The notes beneath the pieces were generated by a model. It was not told where the DNA came from, did not search any database, and saw nothing but the letters and a program-made list of their open reading frames with translations. Position numbers and translations under genes: made by a program. A DNA stretch of 64,000 nucleotides from Lama guanicoe (lineage: Eukaryota). Location of the stretch: NCBI GenBank assembly GCA_013239625.1, contig MU053472.1, positions 1,567,236-1,631,235 of the forward strand, read 5' to 3'. Below are positions 35,061-48,998 of this stretch, one piece after another. Position 1 is the first letter of the stretch. Each line of letters opens with the position of its first letter.

Positions 35061-38058
35061 GTATGCTGAAAAGAATCAATTGCAGACCACAATTTCTCCA
35101 TGTGACCAGTGTCTAAAAGGGAAGTTGAGGGTATAAATATGTACTCTTGTCCGAACTGTATGTTGCTGTAGAGCATTATTATTGTCCTTTGTATTTGATT
35201 GAGTTTTAGTTTTGCAGTCGGATGCCTTTGAAAAGTCATCAGGGTTTGAGAAACAAGTTGGGTCGTGAGGGCTGGATGAGCTTCATATGTTTTTAGATTT
35301 CTCTAAAAGCAGCTATAGAGCGCTCCCACAACTGTTACAGCCTTTTCTCTCTGTGTATGATTGTCTCGCTGTTATAATTTCCTTTTGCCTTAGACTGAGT
35401 TGTGAGATTCTAAACTTGTACTCCCCCACCCCCCTTTTTGGTTTGGTATGTAATTTGCATATTTTCACCATGCGAAAGCTATTTTCTATGGTTGGAAAAG
35501 ATTTTTTTCCTGCAGTGTGAACAAATCATTCTTTGTTCTCCTTATTGTGCCTCCAAACTGGTACGTCCGGTTTATGCTCCAAACAACAAAAGTCTGTCAT
35601 CAGAAATTAAAATGCCAGTAAGAACAAAGGCAGAGACCCATGAGGAGCTATTGGAGAGGTTTCCTCCCTGTTTGCTCCTCTCCCCAAGTTACCGCAGTTG
35701 CCAGGAAGTTGGAACGTTGCTTGGTACACTCCTTCCTTGTAGTTCTACCCTTGCATTTACTATTATTGTTGGTTTAAAAGTGGACTTAGAGCTCCTGGTA
35801 ATTCTTGTCAGGATCAGTAAAACTGGCATCTCTGAGATTCTTTGACATTTTCAGTGAGCTCTTTTAAAGAAACCTGAAAATCACTTTGAAAGCCTTAAAA
35901 AAACTTGATCAGTTTTGACACTCATTTATTTGAGAGCAAAATTACCAGTGAACGTACTGTATAAAATTATTAGAGGCAATTGAAAATGGCAGCTAATGTG
36001 GAGCCCGTGAGGACATATCCGCCCTCTCTGTGTCCTACCTAAAATGTGCACATCTTCTCTGTACACACTGTGTTAGCTCTGTCTCTATTTTGAAATCATA
36101 TTTCAATAAAGAGTTTGCTTATGCTATTTGGAGTGTTCTCTCTGGGAAGTTTGACATTGTAACTCACTTTGAATATTCAGAATCATGCTTCTAACAATCT
36201 TGATTTTCACCTATTTACAAACATCTATAAGTAGTGATAATGTCTCTCTCCCCCCTTCCCTTATAAGTAAAGATTCTAGGACCTTAAAACTGAGAGGAAA
36301 TGAAGGATGGGTGATGAGTGTGGGGATGCATTTTGTAATCAATCCTAATGTTTTTTTCTTACCTGTTGCTGTCCATTTGAAGAGGGATTTAGAGTAAAGC
36401 TTAGGACAGAATAGGGCATTTAGGTTTGTTTTGAAAGCCGTTATGCTCAAAAGCATGTTGTGTTCACATTGCAAAATGTTTTTGTATGTCGAAGTTAGCT
36501 TTTGTGTATTAAATCCAGTGATAACAAACGTTTATCATATTGTGAATATGCCAAGCTAGGTCTGTTTTATTCTTTATTGTTTAGTGTAATTTAGTATAGC
36601 AACTCAGTTAAATATGGTGACTTTTTTTTTTCTAACTTTAAGGCTTTTTTTTGGTAGGACCAAAAGCTAAATGCTAGGTTTGTGGCATATGGAAATAATA
36701 GTAGAGAGCCGTGGATTTTGTGTTAGAATACTATGATTTGTTATAGGTATAAACTTTACCTGTGAGAAGTGGTTTTCATTACTCTGAATTATAATTTCAA
36801 GGCAAGTTCTACAGTATTGTTTTATAATTTACTTTTCATTTCATTGTTAACAGAAGTAGTATATATAAACTGAAGTTATTTATCCATTGCCCAACTACAA
36901 TTTATTTTCAAAAGGTAAATGACCTGGTAGCTTTCATGGTGATAGCCAATACTGCATCCTAATGTAATTGGATTACATTAGTGCTATACCTTTCAGTGAA
37001 AGTATGCTTAAAATCAAAGAGATGGCAATATTTAGATTTTAGATAATGTAATCAGTGCTTTGGGTGGGAGATTTAACCAAATGACCCTTTAAGGCTTTTT
37101 CTAAATTTAAAATTCTGTTCTTTAAGAGTAAAATGGAGACTTAGAGCTGCAATATATAACGGCTGTGGTTTTTCATTTAGAAAGTTCATGTTTACAAAGG
37201 AATTTGTAGAGAGGTAAATTCTTACGGTTTGCTGTCCTGAGTTCGCAGCCTTTGTGTGTTTAAGTGGTGGTAGGTGGTGCTATTGTTGCATAGTTAGTGG
37301 GAAGAGCCTAGCTCTCCTCTTGTCTTCTGTATCCCAAGTGTTACAGAGGGATTTGACATTGTGGCTAATAAATAAATTTTAATAATTGTTATAAGAAAAA
37401 TGAATATGATGGCTCTTTGGGTGTTACCACAATTTAACAGTTATAAGAAACAAGAATATTTACAGTTTGCAGCTCTTAAATTCAGATAGAAGAGACACTG
37501 GAGATCTAAAAAGTAGTTAATCTCAGTCAGCGCTGCAGATTTATAGTTTAATATTGGAAGATTTATAAGACTTTTATTTCATAATATATACAATGTTGAT
37601 ATTTTAAACTGCTTGTTTGGCAGGCCTATTAAAAAAAATACCATCAGCATATTTCCTTTGAATGTTTGTTGTTATTACATCTGTTATAAGTTCTTGGGTA
37701 TTTAGAACTAGTTTTATAATGTTTGCCATTTTCTGTATCTGATGTTACATATTCCATCAAACATTCGACATTTATGAAAATGTATTAGAAACTACATTAC
37801 CACTTATAAGTAGTCTAGAAAGCCTTTCTTACCTAATTCTAATTTAATCTGTTCAATATTTCAATTAGCAGCAAACTGTTCTCTTGAACCACTAATTTTG
37901 AAAAGCAGTTGTTTTCATACTTGATACATATATTAGTATATCTCTTTTTTACTTTTGGATTAATAGAATACAATTCTCTTTGTATTTGAGGAGCAAATCT
38001 GATACAACTCAAAATGAACAGATGTTGATACAGTGTTTGATCTATGTGTATAATAAGT

Positions 38059-38190
38059 GGGGAGGGTATAGCTCAAGTGATAGACCGTATGCTTAGTATA
38101 CACAAGGTCCTGGGTTCAATCCCCAGTACCTCCTCCAAAAATAAATAAACCTAATCCCCCCCCAAAAAAACCCCTCCAAATATTTAAAAA
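38059..38190 (+). mobile_element. Vic-1-like SINE (long form)
   Basis: ggggagggtatagctcaagtgatagaccgtatgcttagtatacacaaggtcctgggttcaatccccagtacctcc...aataaacctaatccccc. Confidence 0.88.
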
Positions 38191-38725
38191 GGAAAATAAG
38201 GAATATAGGTTTGTAGAGTTTAAGTGATTTACTCAAGGTGGTTAACAGCTAGGGTTGCAGAACCATAATTGGTACCTAAAATATTCCCCTTCCACTTCAG
38301 TGTTCTTTGCAGCATATTGTATTTTTTCTTATTTATGATATGTTTGCAAAAGTTAGTACAACATTTAAGTTTTACTTTTCAGGAAGCTAAGAATATTTAT
38401 CTTTTTTTAAGTGGAAAATTGAATACTAATTAAAAAAATCATAGTTGCTTTACTCTAAATGGAAGGCAGTCCTATAGGAACTGAGCAGACAGCATAGATT
38501 ATTAAAGATAAAAGATCATTTATTCAATTCACACCAAGCATGTGCTTCTATAACTTTCTAAAAATATTTATAATTTAAGATACTGATATGCTTAACATAT
38601 TCGATCAGCCATAACATGTGCTAGTGTGTATACATATATTACATTTCAGACAAAAAATTATGATAAAACTTTAGGAGATCTTGTTTTCGTATTATAACAT
38701 TCTGACCTGCATTTTCATTTACTAA

Positions 38726-38848
<123 letters not shown>

Positions 38849-41177
38849 TAAGAAGAAACAAATCATTCAGAAAGAGGTTTCTCTTTTATTGGTCTTGGAC
38901 TGCAGACAGCAAGAATGATAACTAAGTCTGTGTTCCTCCAAGTGTCCATCTCCCTCCCCTCCCTCCAAGATAAACTCTTAGTTCTGTCAGTTGAGATGGA
39001 AATAGGTAATCTTAACCAATTCAATATGGCCATTCACTTTCTGCTGTGGTTTTGATTTATCTTCCTCCTCTTTGATCTCCATTTAGCCCCTGACTTTGCT
39101 GGCTCTTTCTTGAAGCCCTCTTCTCTCTTGGTTTTCATGGCACGGCTCTTCCCAGATCCCTTCCTTGCTGACTGTGCCGCTTTTGTTATGCTTCTGGTTT
39201 AGCTTTCTTCCGTGGCCATTCCCCACGCCTCTGTTGTTCTCAGCGTCTTTGCTGTCTCAGTTCTCCTGACCGCCTTGGAGAGCTTGGTTTTCACCATTAT
39301 CTCGGCTGTAGGTGAATCTGCTGTCTGTACTGCCAGCTATGTCACAAGTATGGTTTCAGGCTTTTGACCTTGGATCTCCGCTTTACTCACTGAAATGTCT
39401 TCATGTTGCGTTTAAATATTGTGTGTTTTTTATTTAAAAAAAAAAGTCAGATATATGCTTAAACTACTCTTCTTGGGTGCCTAAATAACTCCCAATTCTT
39501 TAACGATCTGAGCCTTTTAAAGGTTGGTACTTTCTCCTTAACTTGCTTGTGTTCACTCAGTAATGTTTTTGCAGGTGCACTAAAAACAATCTTATTAATA
39601 TCACTTGCATACTTAAGAAAGAGGATATTAAAATATTTTAATTCTATTATACTTTTAATGTTTATCCAGAAGTTGAGAAATCTCCCTTATACTACTTCTT
39701 TTTGCAGTTAATTCTATAAGTTGGTGAGAATGATGTTTATTAAAGCTTACTACCATGTGCATTAAGCACTTATCATGTGCATAAGTAATGTTAGGGATTC
39801 ATTTAGTGATTAAATCTGCCTTTTATTGAATTGGGAAGAATGGTGGTAATGAGGCAATGATACTCTGCAGTCAGGTGGAGATTTTCATTGTTATTCAACT
39901 ATGTGGCATATACAGAGCTCAGCTCTGTCTCTCCTTTAAACTCATTCTCTGTTTCCTGTTGCATTTGTGTTTTGAAAGTTTCGACAAAGAAGATTGTAGG
40001 ACATTCTTTTCTGATAGGTTTTTGGAATAGTCAGCTTTCTTCTTTGGATGGTTGGAATCAAGAAGAACTTCATTGCTAAAGGACTCTGCTGTGTATTTGT
40101 ACCTTTTATATGTAATTCACAGAGGCAGATTTTTCTCCCTACATTTCATTTATGAAGTTCTTCTCTTTATACTAATTACTAGTGTTCAACTTTTCTCAAC
40201 TTTTTTTACTTTGGGCAGAAATACCTCATGAGAGAATATAAAGCTTTAAAACTTAATATTGCTAGTAGACTTTGGGTATGTTTAATTTACTTCGTTTAAT
40301 TAAAAGAAATTTTTCTCCATTCACCATAATATACTTTTAAATACAGTATAATATATTTTCAACATGCTTTTTTAAGAATTAAAATATAATTTCACAAAGC
40401 TTAATGTTCTATTATGACTTGCAAAAATTACATGTGTTGCTTTTATTGTGTCTAATTTTTCAGGTTTGTTTTCATCAAAGTTATACATGCCACTGATCAC
40501 ATAAAAACTTATAATGGAAAATAGAATACCCCATTTCTTTCTTCGGCCCATTTTGGTTTTGTACTCATTTTGGTGGAATTAGTCCTTTAGTAGCTTCCTG
40601 AAAAAGGATGAAAAGGATGTGTGGTGTGTCTTGTTTGTCTGAAGATGTCTATTCTTTCTTAATTCTTGATGGCTAATTTGGCTGGGTAACACATACTTGT
40701 TTGTAAATAATGGTACTTCAGGAATTTCAAAGTATTGATCTGATGTTATAGTTGAAGCCGGTTTGATACCCTTTTCTTTGTATATGGCTTGTTTTTCCTT
40801 CTGAGAGCTAATAGATTGTTGGCTTTGTTCCCAGTGTTGTGAAACTTTTCACTGTTGTTTCTTGATCACACATTGTCCTGGGCCCCTTCAGTGTGGAAAT
40901 GCAAGTAATATAGTTTTGAGAAAATTCCTTAAACTTTTTTTTTGTTTTTGAAGATTTCTTCTCCTAAGTTTTTCATGTTCTCTCTTTCTGGTACTTGTAT
41001 TGTTTGGCTGTTAAAGCCGACTAGAATGATTAATTAGAAAAATAATTTCATTCCCATTCTTTTTGGGAGAGGATCTCAATATGGATTATTAACTCTTCTT
41101 GAATAATTCTTTTCTTGAATAGTTCATTTTTTTAAGTCCTCACCTTCATGTGCCTATCTGTTTCCATCCGTCCGTCC

Positions 41178-41189
41178 TTCCTTTCCCTC

Positions 41190-41255
<66 letters not shown>

Positions 41256-41345
41256 TTTCTTTCTTCCTTTCTTCCTTCCTTCCTTCCTTCCTTCACCTTC
41301 CTTCCTCCTTCCTTCCTTCCTTCCTTCCTTCCTTCCTTCCTTCTT
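41178..41345. repeat. Compound (CTTT)n/(CCTT)n tetranucleotide microsatellite
   Basis: Read directly; almost pure pyrimidine strand. Confidence 0.95.
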
Positions 41346-44300
41346 TTGAATTAATAAGTAATTAATAAGAGCTGTTGCATACCAGACTTATTAACTCTTT
41401 TGTGTACTAATTCCCTTACAGTGTATATTTCCAACATCATTTTGGGCCATCTCCGGTGTTCCCTATCTTGCCTATATCCTCTCCCCAACAACACTCATTC
41501 TCTTCTGATAGTTTTACTGAACTTCTTTCATTTCCTCAAGTGATCTGTCCGCTTTCTTCCAGGTCTTTTCCCTTGCTGTTTCCTCTCCTAGAGTACCCAT
41601 GTCCTAACTCTCCTTGCACCTTATCCAGGGTCAGTAGTATGTGCTCCCATGGGACTTACTGGTTTTTATTTTAGTTGCTTATTTGCCACTTACTTGCTAA
41701 ATTTGTAGGCTGTTTTCATATCTTAAGTACCTCACAGAGCACTTGTTACAAGATGTTAATAAATACTTGAATGTTGCTGCCTAGAACAATATTTACAAAG
41801 TTATGATCTGGAAGAAAAGCAAGGTCCCTTTCTGTAGGTGTTTGTGCAAAGTCTGTCTCTTAACTAAAAGTGAATGAAGTATTTGGATGTCCTTTTATCT
41901 CACAGAGGGTCATCATTGTATTTAATGGGCATTTACCCATATTAACACAGTTCTTGCTTCCCTGTTTCTTCATGGTCACTAACAATAATTGATTACTTTC
42001 TTGATAAACCTATACCTGCTTTAGAATTTTTTTTCACTTCAGTGTTTCAGAAAGCTGTGACCAATGTGTATTCTCATATCAGTTAAAATCTTTCTTTTTA
42101 GAACTTAATTCCACGTGAAGTAAATTCTTATTCATTACTCTTAGTAGTAGTTTTTAGTGACTCAGTACCTCACGTGTGAAATAATATACAGCAATATGTA
42201 TGATTTAATATATGTTAAAATTTTTATATAATTAGAGACTTTGTGCTAGTAGTGGTTATTTCCAAGGAGTGGGATCAGAGGACACTTTTACTTTAAAATG
42301 TATTTAATTTCTTAAAATGAAGGCTGTATAATTCTAATCAGTTAAAATGTTCATTATAAAAATTCAGCGAATACTGAAAATTCACATGGTCTTATGTTAT
42401 CAGAGATAAACCCAGGTTAACTTTTAACTTTCCTTCTTTCTTTACTCAGATATCAAGCATGCATTAACAGCTTAGAATATGCATTTCCTACTTTTTTTCT
42501 CTTACTTTTTCATACATGCATAAAATTTACTTGTAGTATTATGTCCAGGGCCTCATTCAAGTTTTTTACATGTATTAATATGTCTTTGCTCAAAAATTTA
42601 TAGGTATCTAGGTTTTTTCCAGTTTGTATTATGAACATCTTTCCATTTCAAAACTTGAATTTCTTTTAGCATTGTTAAAAATTGTCATTCCATTGGATGA
42701 ACATTTATATTAATTGTAACCTTTTTCCTATAACAGGCTATGTTGTTGTATACTTCTCCATGTGTACATTTTAAAAAATATATAGAATTATTTTTAGGAT
42801 CACTCATAGAAGGGGAATTACTGAGTCAAAGAATGTATACATTTAAAATTTTGATAAGTGCTGTAAAATTGCTTCTCAGAGAGTATGCTGTCATTTATAT
42901 ATGACACTTCCTTTTTTCCCGGTTCTATCCTCTGTCATAGATCTTTCAGTCTATGTCTATGTGATGGAGACAAATCCTCTTCATTTGCAATTTTTCTGTC
43001 TTTGAATGCTAGGGAGAGTGGAAAAGTCTTCATATTTTTGCTGTTTATTCTAATAACACCATGTTTGTACTCTTTGCTCTTACTGATTTGAGCTTTTTAC
43101 TAGACTTTTAGTGATAAATCATTATGGACATGTATCCTGTAGACTTCCTTTATAGTTTGCAACTTAACCTTGTTATTTGGTGGAATCTCTCGGTTTTTAT
43201 GTTATATGTCTTTAGTTTCATGCAAAGAACAACACCTTTGCCTATTTTACCATGTCTAAGTTTAAATCATGACTCTCCTTGAAAGTTGAATTAAAAGTTT
43301 TTTCTTTTCTAAACTTGTTTTCTTCTTCTATTATAGCTTCATGATTTTTCCTTGCCAACCTGAGATTTTCATAGTTTTTGGGGAAATTTCTCCTTTATAA
43401 TGGTCTTTCCCCTAGTATAATGTGTTCCTTTAAAGTCACAGGAACAGTGATTGCATTCTATGTAGAGCATTGCATAACGTGGAATAAAAATGGGTAGTGC
43501 CCCCCCCCCAAAGAATTATCCAATATTTTACAAAAGAGAAACTAGGACTCTAATTTTGTTTGAAGTATGTATCAGTGACCAAATGGGTAGCACTGTTTTT
43601 GACTCTAACAGAGCTTATAACTCTGTTAGGAATTATATTAGCTTTGTAGTTATGCTGTTTCCTTATTGCTTATGGAATAGACAATCATTTTGGCCTCTGA
43701 CGTGAACCAGATTTCTTAGAAATGCAGATTCAGTCTTAGTTGTTATCCTTAGGAGTCCAATATACTGAGTACCTGAACTTTCTCCCAATAAGAAGGTTTT
43801 TGAGCAAATTCTTATGAACTGGAAGGGCCTTTATTCTGAGAATAGAAGCTATAGTTTCCTCAAGAGTCTACGAGCCAAATTTCTGGTACCCATCCAAAAC
43901 ACTGGGTAGCCAACTTGGCTTGTTTCTTCTAGATGATTTTGTTACTACTGACTGTTGGAAAGGTACTGTTATTTTTTGTTCTGCTATGCAGGCAGTTCAC
44001 AATTTAACATCTTAAAATATTAAAAGGTTTAAAAAAAACCCCTGAAGATCTAACCCATTTTTTTTTTTCCCTTACTGAAGTGTAAATGTCAAGTATTTTC
44101 TGAAGCTTTGTAATACCGTAAACAGCCCACCCGTGCAGGCGAAATACCGCTTTGTTGCTGCTGTTTTATGATGTGAATGGCTTAAGTTATTTTCTAGAAA
44201 CAAACACGAGTAGAAGACCTTTAGAGCTGTTAGTCAGGTAAACTTTTCCTCATTTGCTTTTTTTCTTGTTTGTTTGTACATTTTCAAATAGACTGCACTT

Positions 44301-45119
44301 CCTGTGTATTGAGTTTTTCATTATTTTTCTCAAGGTACAAACTACCTGTTTCATCCTTTACAGACAAGTTAAGTGGGATTTTTATCATGTTTAAAGAAGA
44401 GCTGTTTGAATTCATTGGTTGTATGAACTTAGATATTCTAATTAACTTCTCCAGACGATTTACCGTATTTTTTCTTTGCTGTAAAATTTTAATAACTATG
44501 GTTAAACAAGTAAATCCTACAAACACGCACACACTCTCACAGTCTGTTCAGCCAAAACACTAGCAACCTTCCAAAAGTAGGCCAGCTGACATTTGCATAC
44601 AGTCATCACCAGTATTTTGCAAAGAGGAAACAGGCTTATCGACATTTTAAATGGCCAAACTATGAGATTTAGGGCTTCCCTAATGTTTTCTGCTCTAATT
44701 ATTTCTCAGCTTGCTTGGCATATTTTTTCATTACACCTAGCCCTTATCATTTGGGGCCTTTTGCACTTGGGGTCATTTAGGTTTTTACAAAATTTTGCTA
44801 AGCTTGTGATTTAGGTAAATTATAACTCAGAAACATATGTTCTTTTCACTTCAAATTTCTTTAATGCTTTTGGGCAGAGAAACAGTGTTTCTAGTGGAGA
44901 ATGTTTTAGAAGTACTTTTTTAGTTTTTGATGGTGTCATGGTATTGAATTAGAGAAGCTGATCTAAGAATATACACAGTTTGTACCTATTTGATTCCTGT
45001 AGTTAGGGACTTTTCCTACAAGGGCTGTCGTGAGAGGGAAGTATACTGAACAGAAATGAGAGGAAGTAAATTGGTAAGTGAAGTGTATAAAATTGCTTGA
45101 CATTTCTCAGATGAAATTC

Positions 45120-45290
45120 TGGGTAGATTATATACCTTATCACCCCTTTGCCACTCTTCTGCAAGGTGAATACCACTAACCCTGTTTTACAGGTGAGGAG
45201 ACTTAAGCTCAGAGGGGTTAGGTGACAGACGTAAAGACATGTGGTTGTAAGTGATCAAGCTGGAATTTCAACTTACAAAGCTCGCCTCAG
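45120..45290 (-). mobile_element. MIR SINE remnant
   Basis: ccctgttttacaggtgaggagacttaagctcagaggggttaggtgac (MIR core). Confidence 0.65.
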
Positions 45291-46044
45291 TCATTCAGGC
45301 TTCCATGTCTCCTAGTATATGACTTTACTATTATTACAGAGAAACACTTTTTTACCAAATCCAGGTGTTTCTAGGCTGTGTTGGATGGCAGAAATCAAAC
45401 AGTTGTGTATTCACTGAAGCGTGTAAAAAGTGGCTCTGTTTCTCTACCTCTTCGTCTGTTTTGAAGGTCCAAAATATCTTCAATTATGTCTTCATTGTAT
45501 CTGGAGTCCTTGGTTGTTCAGTCTAAGGGTGAAGAGCAATGAAAATAGCCAGTCCAGGGACCAATACATAAAAAGGCTGTTATCCTGCCTAACTCCGTTT
45601 AAAATTTTAAGCTGTTGGAATAAAGTTTGTCACAAAGACAGCTGTAGTCTATTCAAGTCACGGTCATCCTAAATTAAATCAATCCTTTAAAAGAAATGTT
45701 GGTTCCCTTTTACAGGACTTGGTATAAACTATTAAAAGTACATCAAAAGGGTTAGTGACAATATCTCGAATCAGATAAAAACAAAGGTGTAACATGAAGC
45801 AACTAAATTACATGTGAGCTTAATGATTCTGACCCAAATAAACAGACTTGTAATGGAGATACTGATTCTTATCAGTACAGCTTAAATGTACTTTTGCTGT
45901 AGAGCTGTAAGGAAGATTGTAGGTGTCTTAGTGAATTGACCAAATTATGGTCTTGGAAACTGTTTATTTATCATAACACATTCCTAGGTGTGAAAATGGA
46001 AAACCCATAATTTTCTAAATAAGTTATTTTAAAGTAAGCCTTTT

Positions 46045-46685
46045 AAAAGATTTATCTTTATTGAGAAATAATTTATGTTCAATGAAACTTATCAATTTTA
46101 AGTTTACAATTTGGTGAGTTTTGCCAGATGGATATAGTTATGTAGCTACTACCACGATCAAAATACGAAGCCTTTCTGTTACTGTAAGAAGCCCCTTTTC
46201 TACTTCATACCCACTGAAATGGCTATATACAGAAGGGAGATAATAACTAGTGTTGGTGAGATGTGCACTAATTGGAACTCTTATCCGTGGCTTATGAGAA
46301 TGTAAGATCATATAGCCACTGGAAAACAGCTTGGCAATTCCTTAAAATATTAAATAGGGAGTTGCCATATGACCCAGGGATTCTACTCCTAGGTGTGTAA
46401 CCAATAAAAATGAAAACATACATCTACACAAAAACTTGTACATGAGTATTTATAGTAGCATTTGTCTTGGTAGCTAAAAAGTAGAAATAATCTAGATGTC
46501 TATCAACTGTTAATAAAATGTGGTATAGTGATACAATGAAATATTACTTGGCCATAAAGAAACGAAATTCTGATAAATACCATAACATGATGAACCTTGA
46601 AAACATTATGCTAATTAAAAGAAACCAGCCACGAAAGGCCATACATTGTTGATTCCATTTATATGAAATATTTAGGACAGGTGAA
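46045..46685. mobile_element. L1MB-like element with an internal inversion
   Basis: About 46045-46195 is the 3' terminus on the minus strand; about 46200-46685 is ORF2 end plus proximal 3' UTR on the plus strand. Confidence 0.65.
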
Positions 46686-47229
46686 TAGTTTTTGCTTTAT
46701 GTATTTTGCTGGACTGTTACTGGGAGCAAAGACATTTAGGACGGTAAAGCCTTCTGTATGAACTGATCTGTCTGTTGTTAATGAAATCCCTGGTAACGTT
46801 CCTTGCTCTGAAACCTACTTTTTCTGTTAGTAATATAGATACTCTTGCTTTCTTTTGACTAGTGTTGGTATGATACATCTTTTTATTTTTAACCTTTGGT
46901 TTTCTTCATATGTGAAATGCATTTCTTGTAAGCAACATATAATTGGGTCTTGCTTTTTTATCCACCATTTCATTCTGATTATAATTGTGTTTTAGACCAT
47001 TTACATGTAATACGTGTATTATAGGATTTAAATCACAAAATGATTCCGCTTTATCTCCTGTATTGTATATGTTAACCATGTCCATTTGTTTCGTTTTTAG
47101 TAGTTCTTCATAGTGTATTTACAAATATATATCTTTTTTAATTGTAGTATTGTTAGTTCACAGTGTTGTGTCAATACAATATATATCTTCAATTCATCAC
47201 AGCCTGCCTTCTAATAATATACCATTTCA

Positions 47230-47555
47230 TAAATTATATAAAAATTTGAAAACATTCAACAGGAACAAGAAAAACAAACAACATGATTTAAAGATGGGCA
47301 CAGGACTTGAATATAGATTTTTCCAAAGAAGATATACAAATGGCCCATAAGCTCATAAAAAGATGCTCAACATTGTCATTAGGGAAATGCAAATCAAAAC
47401 CACAAGGAGATACACTTCACACCCATTAGGATGGCTAGTATATTAAAAACAAAAAACCCACAAAAAATGAAGTTTTGGTAAGGATGTGAAGAAATTGAAC
47501 CCAAGTGATTTGCTAGGTCGCCACTGTGGAAAGTGGTGTGTGGTTTCTTAAAAAT
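47230..47555 (+). mobile_element. L1 ORF2 3' fragment
   Basis: ttccaaagaagatatacaaatggccc...agggaaatgcaaatcaaaaccaca. Confidence 0.8.
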
Positions 47556-47629
47556 AGTGGATTTGTGAAAAATTTTGATTATTTATTTAAATATTAAAAT
47601 AATGTAGAATATATAGATATATCTGTTTT

Positions 47630-47855
47630 AGTAGACTTTATATTTTAGAGCAGTTCTAGGCTCACAGAATAGAGAATAGAGAGTTCCATTGATTCCCCAA
47701 AATGAGAGTTCCTGTTGCTCCACATCCTCACCAGCATTTGATGTTGTCAGTGTTCTAATAGCTGAGTAATGTTATTTCTTTGTTTTCCCTAATAACATAT
47801 GATGGGACACATTTTTTCATTTGCTTATTTGCCATCTATATGTCTTCTTTGGTGA
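47630..47855 (-). mobile_element. Old L1 (L1MC-like) fragment
   Basis: gagagttcctgttgctccacatcctcaccagcatttgatgttgtcagtg...gccatctatatgtcttctttggtg. Confidence 0.75.
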
Positions 47856-47865
47856 GGATTCTGTC

Positions 47866-48720
47866 GGAAGATGTGCAGATGACCAACAGGCACATGAAAA
47901 GATGCTCAACATTGCTAATCATCAGAGAAATGGAAATCAAACCACAATGAGATACTACCTCTCTCCTCTCAGAATGGCTATCATCAAAAAGACCACAAAT
48001 AACAAATGTTGGTGAGGATGTGGAGAGAAGATAACCCTGACACACTGTTGTTGGGAATGTAAATTGGTGCAGCCACTCTGGAAAATAGTATGGTGGTTTC
48101 CTGAAAACTAAAAATAGAGCTATCATATGACCCAGCAGTTCCACTCCTGGGTATACATCTGAAAAAAACAAAGACACTAATTTGAAGAGATAAATGCACC
48201 CTAATGTTTATAGCAGCATTATTTACAATAGCCAAGATATGGAAGTAACCTAAGTGTCCATCAGCAGATGAATGGATAAAAGAAGATGTGGTGTGTGTAT
48301 ACAGCCCCCCGCGACACACAATGGAATTCTACTCAGCCATAAAAAAGACTGAAATTTTTCTATTTGCAACAACATGGTTGGACTGGGAAGGTATTGTGTT
48401 AAGTGAAATAAGTCAGACAAAGACAAATACTATATGATGTCACTTGTATGTGGAATTTAAAATTTACAACAAATGAGTGTACATAACAAAACAGAAGCAG
48501 ACTCACAGATACAGAGAAAAAACTAGTGGTTAACAGGGGGGAGAGGGAAAGGAAGAGGAGCAAAGTAGACTAGTCTTATTTAAGAGGTACAACTATTAGG
48601 TATAAAATAAGTGACAAGGATATACGTACAATATGGGGCATATAGCCACTATTTTATAATAACTATAAATGGAGTATAATCTTTAAAAATTGTGATTCAC
48701 TATGTTGTACCCCTGAAACT
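47866..48720 (+). mobile_element. L1 ORF2 end and 3' UTR
   Basis: [22 protein letters not shown] in ORF 47821..48015; 3' UTR aaacagaagcagactcacagatacagagaaaaaactagtgg, similar to the element at about 12100-12300. Confidence 0.88.
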
Positions 48721-48937
48721 CAAGTCATTCTGTTCTATTGATTGATCTTCTAATTATGGGTCAGATTTCCTTATTTGCATGCCTTGAAACATTTATTTCG
48801 ATGCCACACTTTATGAATTTTGTGTTGTTCAGAGTTGGTATTTTGTATTTCTTGAAATATTTTTGGGCTTTGTCCTGGGATATTGTCAAATTACTCATTT
48901 TTTGTTTGGCACATCTGGAACAATCTTTAGCTTAAGG

Positions 48938-48998
48938 CAGGAGTGTGCAAACATCTTCCTAAAGGGTCAGCTAGGAAATATTTTAAGCTTGTAGGTTA
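48938..48998 (+). mobile_element. MER58-like hAT MITE terminal fragment
   Basis: caggagtgtgcaaacatcttcctaaagggtcagctaggaaatattttaagcttg. Confidence 0.55.

Noticed and set aside
41148..41365. SFFL/PSFL repeat ORFs
   Set aside because: Translation of a microsatellite
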